In this document: positions 38,200-51,380 of the stretch, in pieces
Position numbering within the stretch: the first letter of the stretch is position 1
Layout: each line of letters starts with the position of its first letter
DNA from: Octopus bimaculoides
Taxonomy: Eukaryota
NCBI RefSeq assembly: GCF_001194135.2
Contig: NC_068989.1
Coordinates: 26,005,096-26,069,095, forward strand
Length of the DNA: 64,000 bases
Direction: 5' to 3'
Position numbers and translations under genes: made by a program
The notes under the pieces: generated by a model
What the model was told of the DNA's origin: nothing
Database searches by the model: none
Seen by the model: only the letters and a program-made list of their open reading frames with translations

Positions 38200-39240
38200 A
38201 ATTTCAACCATGTTTCATGGTTTGCTACCACAACACCTCCTTTATAGTATCCAGTTCGCTCAAGACATCATCAGAAGGAACCACGTCCGGTTTCGGCCCC
38301 TACTCCTCTACCGTTTTGACGTGGCGCTTCTAATTCTGTCTTTTTTGCGCTATCTTCTCTATACGGCCCAGATCACTTAACGAAATAGTGTACTAATCAT
38401 TGTGTACTAATTCTACAACTGCGTGTGTGCACCTGTTTCCTATGAGCCATGTGACATATCCGGCCCAGCCCAGCGGAACGAGTGCATTCAGTATGCGATA
38501 ATTTAATTCATTCCATTCTTTTCTCGGAAAATCTCATATTTAACGTGTTCTCTCAGAAATATTCGAAGCATGAATCTATCCATGGCAGTTTGCGTTGGAG
38601 TCAATCGATGTTCTCTCCTCTTCGCATTAGTCCAAGGCTTGCTTCCGTATAAGAGCGCAAGCAGAACAGTACTCTTGAAGAATCTGGCAAGTATGATGTA
38701 TCTTTGTTTTGAGTACTTCCTAACTTTATTGAGTTAAACACCTTCCATCCTGACCTTATTCTCTTTGAAACTTCAGCATCCATAATTCGGGGCATATTCA
38801 CTGTGAGCCCAAAGTAGATATACTTCGTTATGTCTTCGACTTTCCCACTTTCCACCTGTATTCGACCTTGTGGTATGTCTTCCAACTGCATACAGTTTGT
38901 TTTTATGCGATTCATTTTAAGCAGTGAGTAAAAGGTCAGCTGCGAATCTTCTTGCTTGACACCCTTTCGAATTAGAACCCTACTGTTAGTGATAGCAGAG
39001 CTATATTGTTGTGCATCCAGAGTTTCATGTATGGAAACTTGACACTTTGATTTCATCACAGCGTGCATCACGATGCTATCAAAAGCCTGTTTATACTTAA
39101 GAAAAGCGGTACACAGACGAAGCTTGTATTCATTCATTCGATCCTTGAACCCTGTTAGAGTGAATATACTATCCGTAGTACTGCCCCCAACTTGACGATC
39201 ATCCAGGTCATTTCATGTAATTTTCGCTTTCGTCACATGT
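38200..39240 (-). pseudogene. RTE-type LINE reverse transcriptase relic
   Basis: AFLKYKQAFDSI, IRKGVKQED, MNRIKT, KYIYFG...AEVSKRIRSGWKVF, RWAG; internally deleted, with stops. Confidence 0.8.
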
Positions 39241-39415
39241 TTCTCGCTTGTATAGAATTAGTGATTATCTCTCTCTTTCAATTTCTCAGTATAACGTATG
39301 GACACGTTATGTTGTCTACATGTTGCAACTTCACTAACTTCATTTCGTTGTCTTGGAATTAAGAAAAGTGTGTAAAAATAACTTCTTTTGACACACACAA
39401 ACGTACAAACACACA

Positions 39416-39446
<31 letters not shown>

Positions 39447-41936
39447 GCGTACACACACACACACACACGCACACACACACACATACATACACGCTTAAAG
39501 TTCTGTATGAATTATATTATTTCTTGCTGTGCGCTGAAATCCTTTGGAAATTAACTTTTCGTATTCTGTCATTCCTGTTTTGTGACGATTGTATTTCAAA
39601 ACCTGATCTTCCATTTAAACTTACAAGGAAGTTATCTTAGAAATCAATCCTCTTTGTGATGAGCGTATTTCAAAACCTGATCTTCGATTTAAACTTACAA
39701 TCCCGTCGTTTACCTGTTGTTTCTAGCATGTTTTTCAATTTACGAATATTCCTAAGTTTTCCATACAGGAGATTCGCATTTCGTCAGAAAGCGGGTAGCT
39801 GATTGGTGGTCGACGATGGTGATGGGGCAGTCAGTAATTGGATAAAAGGAAAAACAGTTTAAAATTAAGAAATTTCGGTGTTTGGCAAATTATAATTTTG
39901 AAAACGTGATTCCTGGGCAAATATCTTATCAACCCCTTTTTATTCAAGGAATCAATACATAGTTTGTGATCTTTATTAAGAACATAAATCACTTTCATGC
40001 AATTTTACCCTACCCCTTCACTTCAGAACAAACAATAACTTCCATTAAGCTAGTAATCCACTCCACTATATATCAGTGAACAGAATGTATTAAGGTTATC
40101 AAGACATAACATAACTAAATCATTGGCAGTTTAACGTTTCTTCATATAGTAACAGTATACAATTGTATTTTCCCACATCTCTTCATTCTTTCCTAAAAAT
40201 GAAACTATACAATGCATGACTTCAAATTGCTATGTCCTCCATTTAATATGTTCCTTAATCGATCTCTTTTCATTCATGCTACCAAAACATTCTAATTTAT
40301 CTCCACAAACAAGGGCCATAAAGAAAACTGCCTCTGTTCGAGCTCAAGAAATCTCACATCAGTGTGAACAGCGTCTCCTCTCTAATACACAAAGAGCTGT
40401 AGCAATACGAGCATGAGTCTCACACTGAACGATTGCAACGACTTTCTAAAGCCACGTGTAGAATAACAGCAACACGGGCATCTGAGTGTGAGTTAGACCA
40501 CCGAACTACAGCAAACAGAGCAGCTGAGTCTCAAGAAGCTCGTTCAACACACTTACTATGGAACAGACGTACAACTGCAGCAACCCCATCTGATGGTTTC
40601 AGGAATACCGTTCGACATGCCTTCGACTGAACCGACGTAAAGCTGCAACAAGCCGAGCAGCTGAGTCTCAACAACAGCGTGTCCACCGCCTCTTACGAGC
40701 ATTCAATAGGCAAGCATCTATTAGGTTAAATTACTGTATAGACAGTATAGGCGTGTTCGAGTGTCCAATTTACAATGCCTGCCGACCCTATGCATGTACC
40801 AATGGAAGATGCGTTTTGCGAAGAGAAATCAGCCCTTAGATATGAACCTAATTTAAATTACAGTGATGATCCTGCTGTAAGAGTAGGAGAGCCATCGCAA
40901 AAGTGCAGGTTCTGTTGAGCAAAGAAGTGTACGTGCGAAAATCCTGGAATGTGTTGCTCTGGAGGCAAGGTTCAGATTCCTGATGTTCAACCTCCTCCAC
41001 AGCCATCATTTGACTTGCTAGATTGGTGTACAACAGAATAAAAGCATTTCCTCTCTGACATTCGACGCTACAATTCCCGTTTCCAGATGAAATCTTTTGG
41101 CGATACTAAACAAATAGCAAACGAAGGATTTCAGACGCCATTCAAAGTTCAATGGCTATTATACCACTTGATAACGTCACTTCTTTCATCAAGCGATGAC
41201 GATGCCAAATTTCTGCAAATTTACTTTATGGGGAACAACCAGCAGCAGTTAAGGATACGCAGTCAGATAATAACAACCTTGCATGAGGACATTGTTTCTG
41301 CTCTGCGGACCCATATTTTTGGCCCACAATAATGTGATTCGACAGCTCAAAGTTGCAGTAGAATGGGTACAAATTTCAAATGATTTCCCCCTAGCCATAA
41401 GAGCCGACAAAAAGAAAACCGTTGAACAGCACTCAGATCGATACAACGCCCCCGCCGCTGAAGAAGTCGCCTATATCTTAGTTGGCAATCAATGTGACTA
41501 CAGGGATATTGTTATCCACACATGCGTCAATACATTACGAAAAGTGTCTGAGCCTCATCGTTCATCTGGTACTCTGCAGTACCCAATCATATTCTGGGAA
41601 GGCCAAGATGGCTATCACTTCGGCATACCTCAATTTGATCCATTACTGACAAAGTCTGTCAGTAGCAATGACTTTACGCCTTCATGATCATGGTTCGTGA
41701 GCCGATCAGCCACTTACTCAAATATCGCGAACTTTTCCACAGTCCATGATAACCATGTACGCTAAAGTGGTAAAAAACAACCAAAAAAAAACTTCGTGTC
41801 GAATCTTACATCCACCTGTGGAATGCTATTTCCAATGACGATGACATTCAAAGTGTCGACCACAGGGTTATTCTCCCAGCTTCCTTCACTGTGGGACCAA
41901 GGTTCATGCACGGAAAACACAAGACGCTATTATCTA

Positions 41937-42159
41937 AAATACACTTCAATATTTAAAAGAAGAGGAATCATGTATAGTATTTACATTTGACGGACATTTG
42001 TCCCCATATCTGGTTTCTTTTTAACACGTTTCGGCTGATGTACCCTCCAACCTTCATCAGGTGTCTTGGGGAAATTTCGAACCTGGGTTCTCATACCAAA
42101 GGTATTTTTCGATGTTGTTGTTATTATTATTATCATTATTATTATTATTGTTGTTGTTG

Positions 42160-42213
<54 letters not shown>

Positions 42214-42312
42214 GTGTTATTATTTATATGTACGTGGGCATATGGTGTAGTGCTTAAGCGCACGGGCTACTAACACCAAGATGAGAACAAATATCCAATA
42301 AATGTAAGCAAA
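41937..42312. mobile_element. 376-bp composite insertion in the Helitron C Rep, with 11-bp TSD
   Basis: GCTATTATCTA at 41926-36 and 42313-23; removing the insert restores TQDAIIYVRK. It contains a hammerhead-bearing repeat, a (TAT)n tract and a tRNA-like head fragment. Confidence 0.8.
42023..42065 (-). ncRNA. Minimal type I hammerhead motif lacking its cleavage triplet
   Basis: GACAC-CTGATGA-A-GGTTGG(agggtaca)TCAGCC-GAAAC-[no NUH]-GTGTT. Confidence 0.65.
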
Positions 42313-44379
42313 GCTATTATCTATGTTAGAAAGATCGGGGCTCCAGACCTTTTCCTTGCATTCACAAGCAACTCTAAGTGAACTGAAGTTACTGAAAATC
42401 TTATGCCAGGGCAAAATTCCCATTATCAACACGACTTAATCGCGAATGTTTTCCACATTAAGTTATTGAAATTCATGAACATAGTTACAAAGAGTCAGAT
42501 ATTTGGAGAATTTACTCGTCGAATGGTAGAAACGAGGCCTGCCGCATGCGCACATTTTGATTTGTTTGAATGAAAAGTTGCACTCAACCCAAATCTCTCT
42601 GTTGTAAGTGCGGAGATTCTAAAGAAACGACTATTCGACATCATGCATACAAACGACTTTTCGACATCATGAAATCACCTATGTTTCATGGTCCCTGCAG
42701 CACTTATAATCAGAATCCTCCATGCATGATAAAATGCAACTGCTCAAAAGGGTACCCTAAAGAATTCAGTTCTGAAACACACTGGATATGACGGGTATCG
42801 AACTGGGAGCTGGTGGATTCCATTTTACTCTTCGACTACAGCAAAGTCCATTCGTCGTAGACAAGAGGTGCATCGTCCCATATAGTCCACTATTACTACG
42901 AGTTTTCAAGGCACACATTAACGTGGAATTTTTCAATTTTGTTCACTTCATCAAGTATATATGCAGATATTTAAACAAAGGCTCCGACATAATTGTGTTT
43001 GGCCCCTCAAATGCTGATAGCACCAAATGAGTTACACCAATATCTAATGGACTGCTATATAAGCAGTAATGAAGCCGCTTGAAGACTCCTTCACTTCGTC
43101 ATCCATTACAGAGATCCACAGTTGTGGATATTCGTTTAGAAAATGGCCAAAGAGTTTATTTTGATCCAATGAATCACGAAAGAGTTAGAGGACAAATAAA
43201 TGCGCCACAGGCAACGACTCTCACAGCATACTTTGACCTGTGTAGATGTGACGCAGTTACCGCGACCAGACATATCGAATTATTACACCTGGAATAACCA
43301 TGTTAACAGGTGGAAGAGGAGAACGCTTGGTGTAACCGTCGAGTCGAAGGGCATCCACACATACAAAAAATGTAATGCTCATGGTCGATTTTTATACGGT
43401 CCACCCCAAAAACTTCGGGTGTTACTGTCTTCGAATGGTCCCACAAAGTTCCTACACCACCTTCATTCAAAAACCTTAAACTATTAAACTCCTTGTTTTG
43501 CGAAACATTTCGACAAGCCTGCCAATTATGATGTCTTCTCGAAGATGGCGGTCACTGGAGTTGAGCTCTGTCTGATGCAGCAACCGCATGCACAACTTAC
43601 CCAGTAAGAAGGTTCTTCGCCATCATGTTGTACCATTGCGATTTACCGAATCCACTATTTCTTTGGGAAAACCGCGGAGATAGCCTATTTGATGACATCT
43701 TTCATTAAACTCGACGGTTGCATGGGCCAAGTGTTTCCTATTTGGACGTTATATACACCTAAGAATTACGCCATTTAGAAGACACGCTTAAATCCACTGG
43801 GGGCAGACTCTTATCCAAATATGGCATTCCAACATCTTCAGCTGAGCACCACTGCCTTTCAAGAGGAGTCATTCGAGAATGATCATGCAATCTGGATGCC
43901 CTGAAAAGGCAACTTGATGAGAGGGAACCAGTATTGCATGCTGAGTAAATGTCTGTTTACAATGAAATAGTTGTGTCTACCTTGCAAGAAGAAGGACGTC
44001 TTTTCTTTTCTTCATTGATGCATCAGGAGGAACGGGGAAATGTTTCTATTTAACTTACTTCTGGCAAAAATAAGGTAGATAGCAAACAGCGAGTGTAGTC
44101 GCATCATCATGAATAGCGGCAACTTTGTTAATCAGTGGACAAAATGTTCACTCAACGTTCCAATTGCGTTTCAATTTGACTTCAATGGATGCCCAGATGT
44201 ACAATATTCTAAAACGTGGACGTTCTTCTCCAAACTTCACTTATTGTCTGGGATGGATGCATGAAGGCACACTGTGGTGCACTAGAAGCCCTAGATAGGT
44301 CACTAAAGGATTTTAAAAACAATACTGCCATTATGGAGGATTTAACTGTCGTCTTTGCAGGGGATTACAGTCAAATATT

Positions 44380-44572
44380 CTTGTCTACTCTAGGCACAAG
44401 GCCCGAATTTTGTGGGGAGAAGGTACTTAGCTGGTACTTAATTTATCGACCACGAAAGGATGAAAGGCAATGTCGACCTCGGCGGAATTTGAACTCAGAA
44501 CTTAAAGACAGACGAAATACCGCTAAGCATTTTGCCCGGTGTGCTAACGTTTCTGCCAGCTCACCGCCTTCC
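44380..44572 (-). mobile_element. tRNA-derived SINE inserted in the Helitron C helicase, with 10-bp TSD
   Basis: GTCAAATATT at 44370-79 and 44573-82; same family as the 10.7-11.5 kb cluster. Confidence 0.92.
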
Positions 44573-46289
44573 GTCAAATATTGCCAGTCATACCACGGGT
44601 ACGCGATATGATGAGATCTATGAGTGTCTGAAGTCTTCACTTTTGTGGAGGTTTGAACGTCAGCTTTCATTAAGCAAGAATATGCGAGCTCATCTCTATA
44701 ACGACCCCTTGGCTGAGGAATTCTCTCATCAACGACTACAAATTGGAAATGGCGCCTTATCGTTGAATAACAAACTGGAGCGGTATGTACTGCAATGTGG
44801 GCACATGGTGCCTACATTAGGCGAGCCTAAAGAAGAAAAGGGATTTCTCACATTGCAAAACAACTTCAAAAACATAGCAAGGTTCACAGAGAGAGAACTA
44901 TTTTAGCTACTCAGAATGGAAACGTTGATAAAGTAAACCATGGACTCTGACACAGTCTACCTGGGGATGCTTCAATATTTCTCTCCATTGATACTACCAT
45001 CGACGAACATGCCGCTGTTGAGTATCTAGTTGAATTTTTCATCTCTCTACAACCCGCAGTACTTCCACCGCATAAGTTGTTCCTACAGAAAGATGCACTT
45101 ATCTTGCTCTTGGGGCATTTGGACCCACTACCACTATGCAATGGTATAAGATTGATTGTAACTACAATGACAAGTCATGTCCAACAGGCAACCATTATTG
45201 CCGGCTGCCATCGAAGAAAGATTTCATATATTCCGCGCATTCCCCTTATTCCCTCAAATGTGTCCTTTCAGTTCAAGCGCCTCCAGCTCCCAATGCGATT
45301 GTGCTTCCTTATGACAATCAACAAAGCCCCAGGGTCAAACTTTAAAAATTGTGGGTCTCAATTTAAAAATACCCTGCCTTTCTCATGGGCAACTATATGT
45401 TGCATGCTGTCGATTTAGCAGTGTAGATTACTTTTACTTCTTTTCTACCAACACTTGACTTACACAAAACATGGTTTACTCAGAAGCATTGTCGGCTTCA
45501 CTAAACACATGTTGACGTCTGCAATCGGCCTAAACATTACGGAGATGGTGCTTTCTACAACGAAGCAGCTTTCTTTCCATGTACCTTACCTTTTGCAATA
45601 CGAATACCTCTACTTCCTCATACGTCATCCAATTCTTTACATCCGTAAGTCTTTGGGGGCAATCGTAGGATTTCATTCTAATCTAAGCTGCCATTCTACA
45701 TGTTTTTGGCGTCAACAATTTCAGTATTGTTCATCACAAAATGACCGAAAAATGTTTATAAAGAACAGTTGTTTGCTTCAAATTCCTCGTGTACCAATTC
45801 TGCCCATAAGAAAGGAACAAAAAAATGCAATGTGGCTGTACATCATAACAATCGGTCAAAAACGGGATACATTGCTAGCATTATACAAAAATTCAAAGTT
45901 TGTTTTCCTGCCATTTGATCAAGATGATAAAGATTAAAAATAAAATAGTCATTTCCGCATTTAACAAAAATAAAGAAAAAAGAAATCAAGTTGAACATAT
46001 TGATACGTCAACGAGTCGTCTCAGCTACCGCTATCTATCCATTTTTCTTACTTTCTTTTTTCTTCCGTTAATCATTTATACAAGTGCCATGGACTTGAAA
46101 GATAGTTCTCCCTATATTTTTATTGGATATTTTTGCATCATCAATACGTGATTTTTTCTTAAAGTGGAAAATTTCTATTTAATTTAAAATAGAATATTAA
46201 TCTTTATCATCTTAATCAACATGCAGGAAAATAAGGAGATTATCTCTTTATAGACGAAAATCTGTTGCAATGAGAGACGTTGAATCTCA

Positions 46290-46856
46290 TAAGGAGGAAA
46301 AACATCAAGTGGGTTGTACCTGATAAGGAAACTCTTTTAAGAGTATTGAAATACCACTGCAAAGTTCAAGTGGTTGCCTTAGTGACGTAAACGCTGAAAG
46401 GAAACGACCAAGCCGCTGTTCAACTAAACAACGATAACGAAATTAGTCAATATCTAATTGGTAGATATATTGGACCATCCGAAGCAGTTGAATCCATTTT
46501 AGGATTTTCAATACGTGAAAGAGCATCTGCTATATTGAGATTGCAAGTTCATCTACTAGACGAAAGAAACACTATTCCTTAAAAATAATAGGCATATATA
46601 TGGCTAACGACATAGAACAACATTGGCAGAACTATTTTCATTGTGCACCAATGATGACTTTGCAAAAACGATACTTTATTTTGAAGTACCCATGTATTTC
46701 ACTTGGAAGAGTAGTAACAAAGAACGACAGAACGCGAGGGAAAATGTTGAACGTCATTTGAACGTTTTCAAAGAAGGAACACTTGTTATTGTTTATGTTG
46801 TCACACCAAAGGCAGGAGGACTGAATTATTTAAGAATGTTGTTGCATGAAGTGTGA
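46290..46856 (+). pseudogene. Helitron D: Rep C-terminal fragment
   Basis: KWVVPDKETLLRVLKYH...KGNDQA...EISQYLIGRYIGPSEAV...LQVHL...TTLAELFSLCTNDDFAKTILYFEVPMYFTW...YLRMLLHEV. Confidence 0.85.
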
Positions 46857-46946
46857 AATAGCACTTCTTTTCCTACTGCGCATCACCATTTTCAACTTGG
46901 TGTCGTTGTGACGCAACGGGTCACGATGGCTGAACCTAGTATATAT

Positions 46947-47150
46947 GGTGGAGAAAGTGTGTTCGTTAATGCCACTGTGTCGATCAGTTGAGTGACGTGG
47001 TGTTGGTTGCGTTCCAAGAATACTTTAATAAGAAAACTATAGTGATTTATGAACATCTACCATTAGGATCTCCTGTTTAACAGTAAGGAAATAAATTCCA
47101 ATACTAACCATCTTCAGAAACTCACTCAGAATTTAGATATTTTTTCCGCA
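46947..47150. repeat. ~200-bp direct repeat, copy 1 (copy 2 at 49148-49368)
   Basis: ggtggagaaagtgtg.tcgttaatgccact.tgtc.atcagttgagtgacgtg...ggttgcgttcc...ctttaataaga.aactat.gtgatttatga.catctaccatt shared between copies. Confidence 0.85.
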
Positions 47151-47169
47151 TCTCCGCCGGTGATGAGTG

Positions 47170-47300
47170 ACCCCGATGATCCAATGAATGGATCAGCCTG
47201 CTTATGAAATTAACATGAAAGAGGGTGAGCACTCAACAGACACGGGTACCCTTAACGTGGTTCTCTTGGAGATTCACCATAGCACACATAGGGACAAGGT
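47170..47300 (-). mobile_element. SINE 3' fragment of the 49.7-kb family
   Basis: gagcactcaacagacacgggtacccttaacgtggttctc matches 49786-49825. Confidence 0.6.
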
Positions 47301-47499
47301 TGATCTTTTGAATTACATATATACCTACATGCACACACTCATATATATATATATATATGTGTGTGTGTCTGTGTGTGTGTGGATATATGGGTGTTTAGTT
47401 TATAAATTCTTCGTTTCATTTTATCATAAATAATTAGGAAATCATTATAAGGATATATTTCTGTATATTTTGCATGAAATATTTGCTTTCTGACGTTAT

Positions 47500-48800
47500 G
47501 ATTCAACGTGTAAATTACAGCTACCTCTTATATAGGGGAAAATCCTCCTGTGTGGAGTGATGTCTCAATATCGCATGTTACAGAACTGCTTTCACCTTAT
47601 TATACTCGGATTTTAATTCTTGGTGGAGTGAAAAAGTACCCCTGTATCTAGAACATGTTGGCTGGATTCCTAAATTATTGATTATACAGCACTTCTGCAA
47701 ATTGGTGTCTATGTTCAATATTTGCTCTCTAATACACAGAAATGTTGTTGTAAAGTATATACTTTCAATTTCCAAATATCAATATATCTATTTAACTCAA
47801 TTGTGAGTTAATCTGTAACGTGGAACCTGAAAGTAAAGAAAAAACACAAACCGCTTGTGACGTTTTCCAAACATAATATACTTTGGAAAAAGATAAATTG
47901 ATCTTGAATTTCTTTTATAAGCAGGAGTAATTACGTAAAGTGAATAAAACGAGCCCGGGAAAGATAGCACTCAAGAATGAAACAACAGTATCCTATATTT
48001 ACTCCAGCAGAAATGACTTATTTATAATGAAGTCCTTACAAATTTTATATACTTTTCTTTGTTTTTCAGCCCTCAAATTTACATTTACTATGAGTCTTTT
48101 TCTTTATTTAAACTCGATTATATGAAAAAGTTGTTCAAGCAATTTCACTTTGATTCTAATGTATAATTTCTTGTCACCGACTTGAATGATCGAAATATCC
48201 AGAACAGTTTTGCAAACAACATCTATAGGTCCGTGAGAATATAATTAGAACAGAGTAAGTCTCTACTCGGCTTCTTATTGATTACGAATGTTTAATATCT
48301 CTGTCTTTCTAAGTTAATCGATTGAAAAATAATAGAGACGTTGCCGTTGATAATTTAATGAAATCTTCAAACAAATACGTCTCAGACATTCCATGAGAAA
48401 ATTCAACCAAAACACAGCTGAAAATGTTAGTTTATAGCAAATTAGTTTATAGATTATTTTAATATTATTCTAATTACAGACGCAATCGTATTTAGATCGT
48501 ATAAATATTAAAATTAGAATTTACAAACTATCTAGAGTTGCATATTTAAATGAAATATAAATAACGTTTTGAAATTCTAACTGTAAAACTGTTAGAATAG
48601 CTGCCGGCATATACATTCATGTATATAAATATAATTGGATAGAATTAAGATCAAGAAAACATGTGGATGGATATTAGAATATTTATGTGTAAACATTATT
48701 TTGCAAGTCAATTTTGGTCGTTCACAGGAATATTACTAAAGATTCTAAAGAAGAAATGTGTAAACGATACCCGATGTCTAGGTTTCTCGCGTAAAAAATG
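47500..48800 (-). mobile_element. Probable highly decayed PLE RT relic
   Basis: Weak motifs: KSFLLE*I*DTVVSFLSA (about KFTLE...LSFLD) and SLHQELKSEYNKVKAVL. Confidence 0.35.
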
Positions 48801-49147
48801 TTTATGGTAAAGAATTAGAGTCTCAGATATGGGTTTCATTTTCAACATTCTAAAATGAGATGATTTTAGGAGCATTTTTGTTAGTGTGATCTGAAGGAAC
48901 GTATTAGGCCCGTTACTTACACTGGTGCTCTCACACCGGAGTGGTTATCAAGACGATGGCTACACACAAAAAAAGAAAAACTCCCAGGACCTTGACATCT
49001 GAGAAGAAATGATTGGATGTGGTTGGTAGAACGACACATCCTGTTGTATAGGGTATGAGAGGCGAAACGAATGAATAAAGAATGCTCTGGAGTTTGTGAC
49101 ATGTTAAAAGTTATCTACTACAAACAGAGACATCTCAGCTGTTGGCC

Positions 49148-49368
49148 GGTGGAGAAAGTGTGATCGTTAATGCCACTATGTCAATCAGTTGAGTGACGTG
49201 TTTTTGGTTGCGTTCCGGGACATCCGCGAAAAAAAATTAAGAAAACTTTAATAAGATAACTATGGTGATTTATGAGCATCTACCATTTCCTGTTTAACAG
49301 TAAAGAAGTGAATTCCAATATTAAACATCTTCATAGACCGACTCACAATTTAGATATCGTTCCCGTAT
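49148..49368. repeat. ~200-bp direct repeat, copy 2
   Basis: Homologous to 46947-47150, with small indels. Confidence 0.85.
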
Positions 49369-49693
49369 CAGAAACGATCGATTTTTCATCAAACTTTTTT
49401 ATCTTAGCAGAAAGATAAATAAAATAATGCAGCAAGGAGGGAAACTTTAGCAGAACTGATAAAGAGGTATTAGCTAATATATAACGTGATAAATCACCGT
49501 AGGAAATTAGTAGGATATTTTCTTGTTGAATTTATAAAGATTGATACTATTTAAGGTTTCATTTTTTTACGAATTAAAATCTCATAATTTTAGTTTCAAA
49601 TTTCATTATCATAAAATGTGACGGAAGTAATAAAAAGTTTGTAAGTTTCGAAACTGCAAAATATTTTAGACAATATTAACTAACAGACAAACT

Positions 49694-50079
49694 TGTTGTT
49701 CGCACTCCGTCGCTTACGACGACGAGGGTGCCAGTTGATCCGATCAACGAAACAGACTGCTTGTGAAGTTAACGTGCAAGTGACTGAGCACTCCACAGAC
49801 ACGTGCACCCTTAACGTATTTCTCGGGGATATTCAGCGTGACACAGTGTGACAAGGCTGTCCCTTTGAATTACAGGTACAACAGAAACAGGAAGAAAGAA
49901 TGAGAGAAAGTTGTGGTGAAAGAGTACAGCAGGGTTCACCACCATCCCCTGCAAGAACCTCGTGGAGCTTTAGGGCGTTTTCGCTCAATAAACACTCACA
50001 ACGCCTGGTCTGGGAATCGAAACCGCGATCCTATGACCGCGAGTCCGCTGCCCTAACCACTGGGCCATTGCGCCTCCAC
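49694..50079 (-). mobile_element. Full-length tRNA-derived SINE (octopus OR-type by recall), with 12-bp TSD
   Basis: Head GTGGAGGCGCAATGGCCCAGTGGTTAGGGCAGCGGACTCGCGG...GGTTTCGATTCCC; (AAC)n tail; TSD aacagacaaact (49682-93) / aacacacaaact (50080-91). Confidence 0.9.
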
Positions 50080-50307
50080 AACACACAAACTAATAAAGTA
50101 TTAAACATGTGATGGAGTTGTTATATACTATGTTGGGCTGTAAAGCTCATAGTGTGATTATAACAGAGTGAGGCTAGAACTGTGAAATCTTGCATGCATT
50201 AATTTCAATACTTCTCATTAATAACTGATTTGTTTCGAAACAGGAAAAACTTACATTTGACGATACGAAAAGACTTCCAAATTAGGTAGTAGCGACTTCT
50301 ATTCCAA

Positions 50308-51380
50308 ATCGACAAAATTTGACATATTTGTGTTATCAAGTACCTGCAGCATAAGGGTTTATACCCCAAGGACTTTCATAGGGACTCATACACTTAGGAT
50401 TTACACACTAGGAAATGACGTTCCAGCTTATCTACAGTGCAAAAGTGGGCAACTGAACTTAGGAGGGGAAGGGGGAACCTCTAAGATGACACAATGTCTG
50501 GACACTTGCAACTACCGTGAAATCATTGATCGTGTTTACACTATGATGATGGATGATAAACGATCGAGTGTGAATCAAATAAAGAATTCTATTAACATTT
50601 CCCATCAGAATACTCTGCTCAATAATCTTGGCATGACGAACATTTCTGCTCGGTGGGTGCTACGTCTTCTGACACCTAACCAAAAGCGCACCAAACTGAT
50701 CACATCATGGGAAAAGCTGACATTGTTTGAAGCAGATCTAGCTGGATTTGTTCAACGCTTCCTCACCTAGGATGAGTGTTTGGTTTATCACTTTGAGCCA
50801 GAGAGAAAGAAACAATACATGCAGTGTAAACACCCCTTCTTACCTGTTCGAAAGAAGGCCAAGTTTATTTCATCTGCTACGAAAGTGATGGCCCATTTGG
50901 CGGGGATGTAAAATGCATTGTGTTTATTGACTATCTTCAAATGTGCAGCACCATCAACACAGAGTACTATGCCAACTTGCTGAGTTAGCTACAAAAGGCT
51001 ATCAAGATTAAACGTCTAGCAGAACTGACCAAAATATCTTGTTTCAACAGGACAACGTTCTAGCAACAAGACCTTGATTTCAAAGGCTGCTCTGTGTGAA
51101 TGTGGCTTTGAAATGGTTGATCATCCTGCTTATTCTCTTGATTTGGCCACATCTGATTACCAACTGTTTCACAAGAAGGAAAAAAAGAACACTTAGTTGT
51201 GTGTTTTTGTTTGGTGACCTTTTTGACGAACAGGACGACAGCTTCGTCACCAATGAGATCGAAGCACTGAGACGCCAATGAAAGAGATGTGTGATCCGCA
51301 AGGGGAAATACGATGAAAAATGAACCTCATTTGGTCACAGTTTATGAAATTGTTTTGGTCAGCCTAGGTACTTTTCAGCC
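50308..51380 (+). pseudogene. Mariner (irritans/Hsmar2-like) transposase relic
   Basis: VIKYLQHKGL...STVQKWA.ELRRGR, ARWVLRLLTPNQK, RFLT*DE, ATKVMA, QQDN, DHPAYSLDLATSDYQLF; right end ggtcagcctaggtacttttcagcc. Confidence 0.88.

Larger units (their letters stand above)
40200..45878 (+). mobile_element. Helitron C: degenerate RepHel with probable 3' end
   Basis: RAAESQE-type N-terminal repeats; KCRFC...GMCCSGGKV Zn finger; IRRYNSRFQMKSFG; LQIYFMG; LQYPIIFWEGQDGY; FTVGPRFMH; RGLPHAHILI; IKYICRYLNKGSD; IDASGGTGK; GDYSQI-LPVIPR; HKLFLQKDALILLLGHLDP-PLCNG; IPRIPLIPSN...FKRLQLPMRLCFLMTINK. 3' end cggtcaaaaacgggatacattgCTAG at 45875-78. Confidence 0.9.

Noticed and set aside
39591-39700. 36-bp direct repeat (39591-626 / 39665-700)
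   Set aside because: Real, but an ordinary local duplication with no further structure.
50000-50079. tRNA gene
   Set aside because: It is the head of a TSD-flanked SINE; no proper anticodon or acceptor stem.
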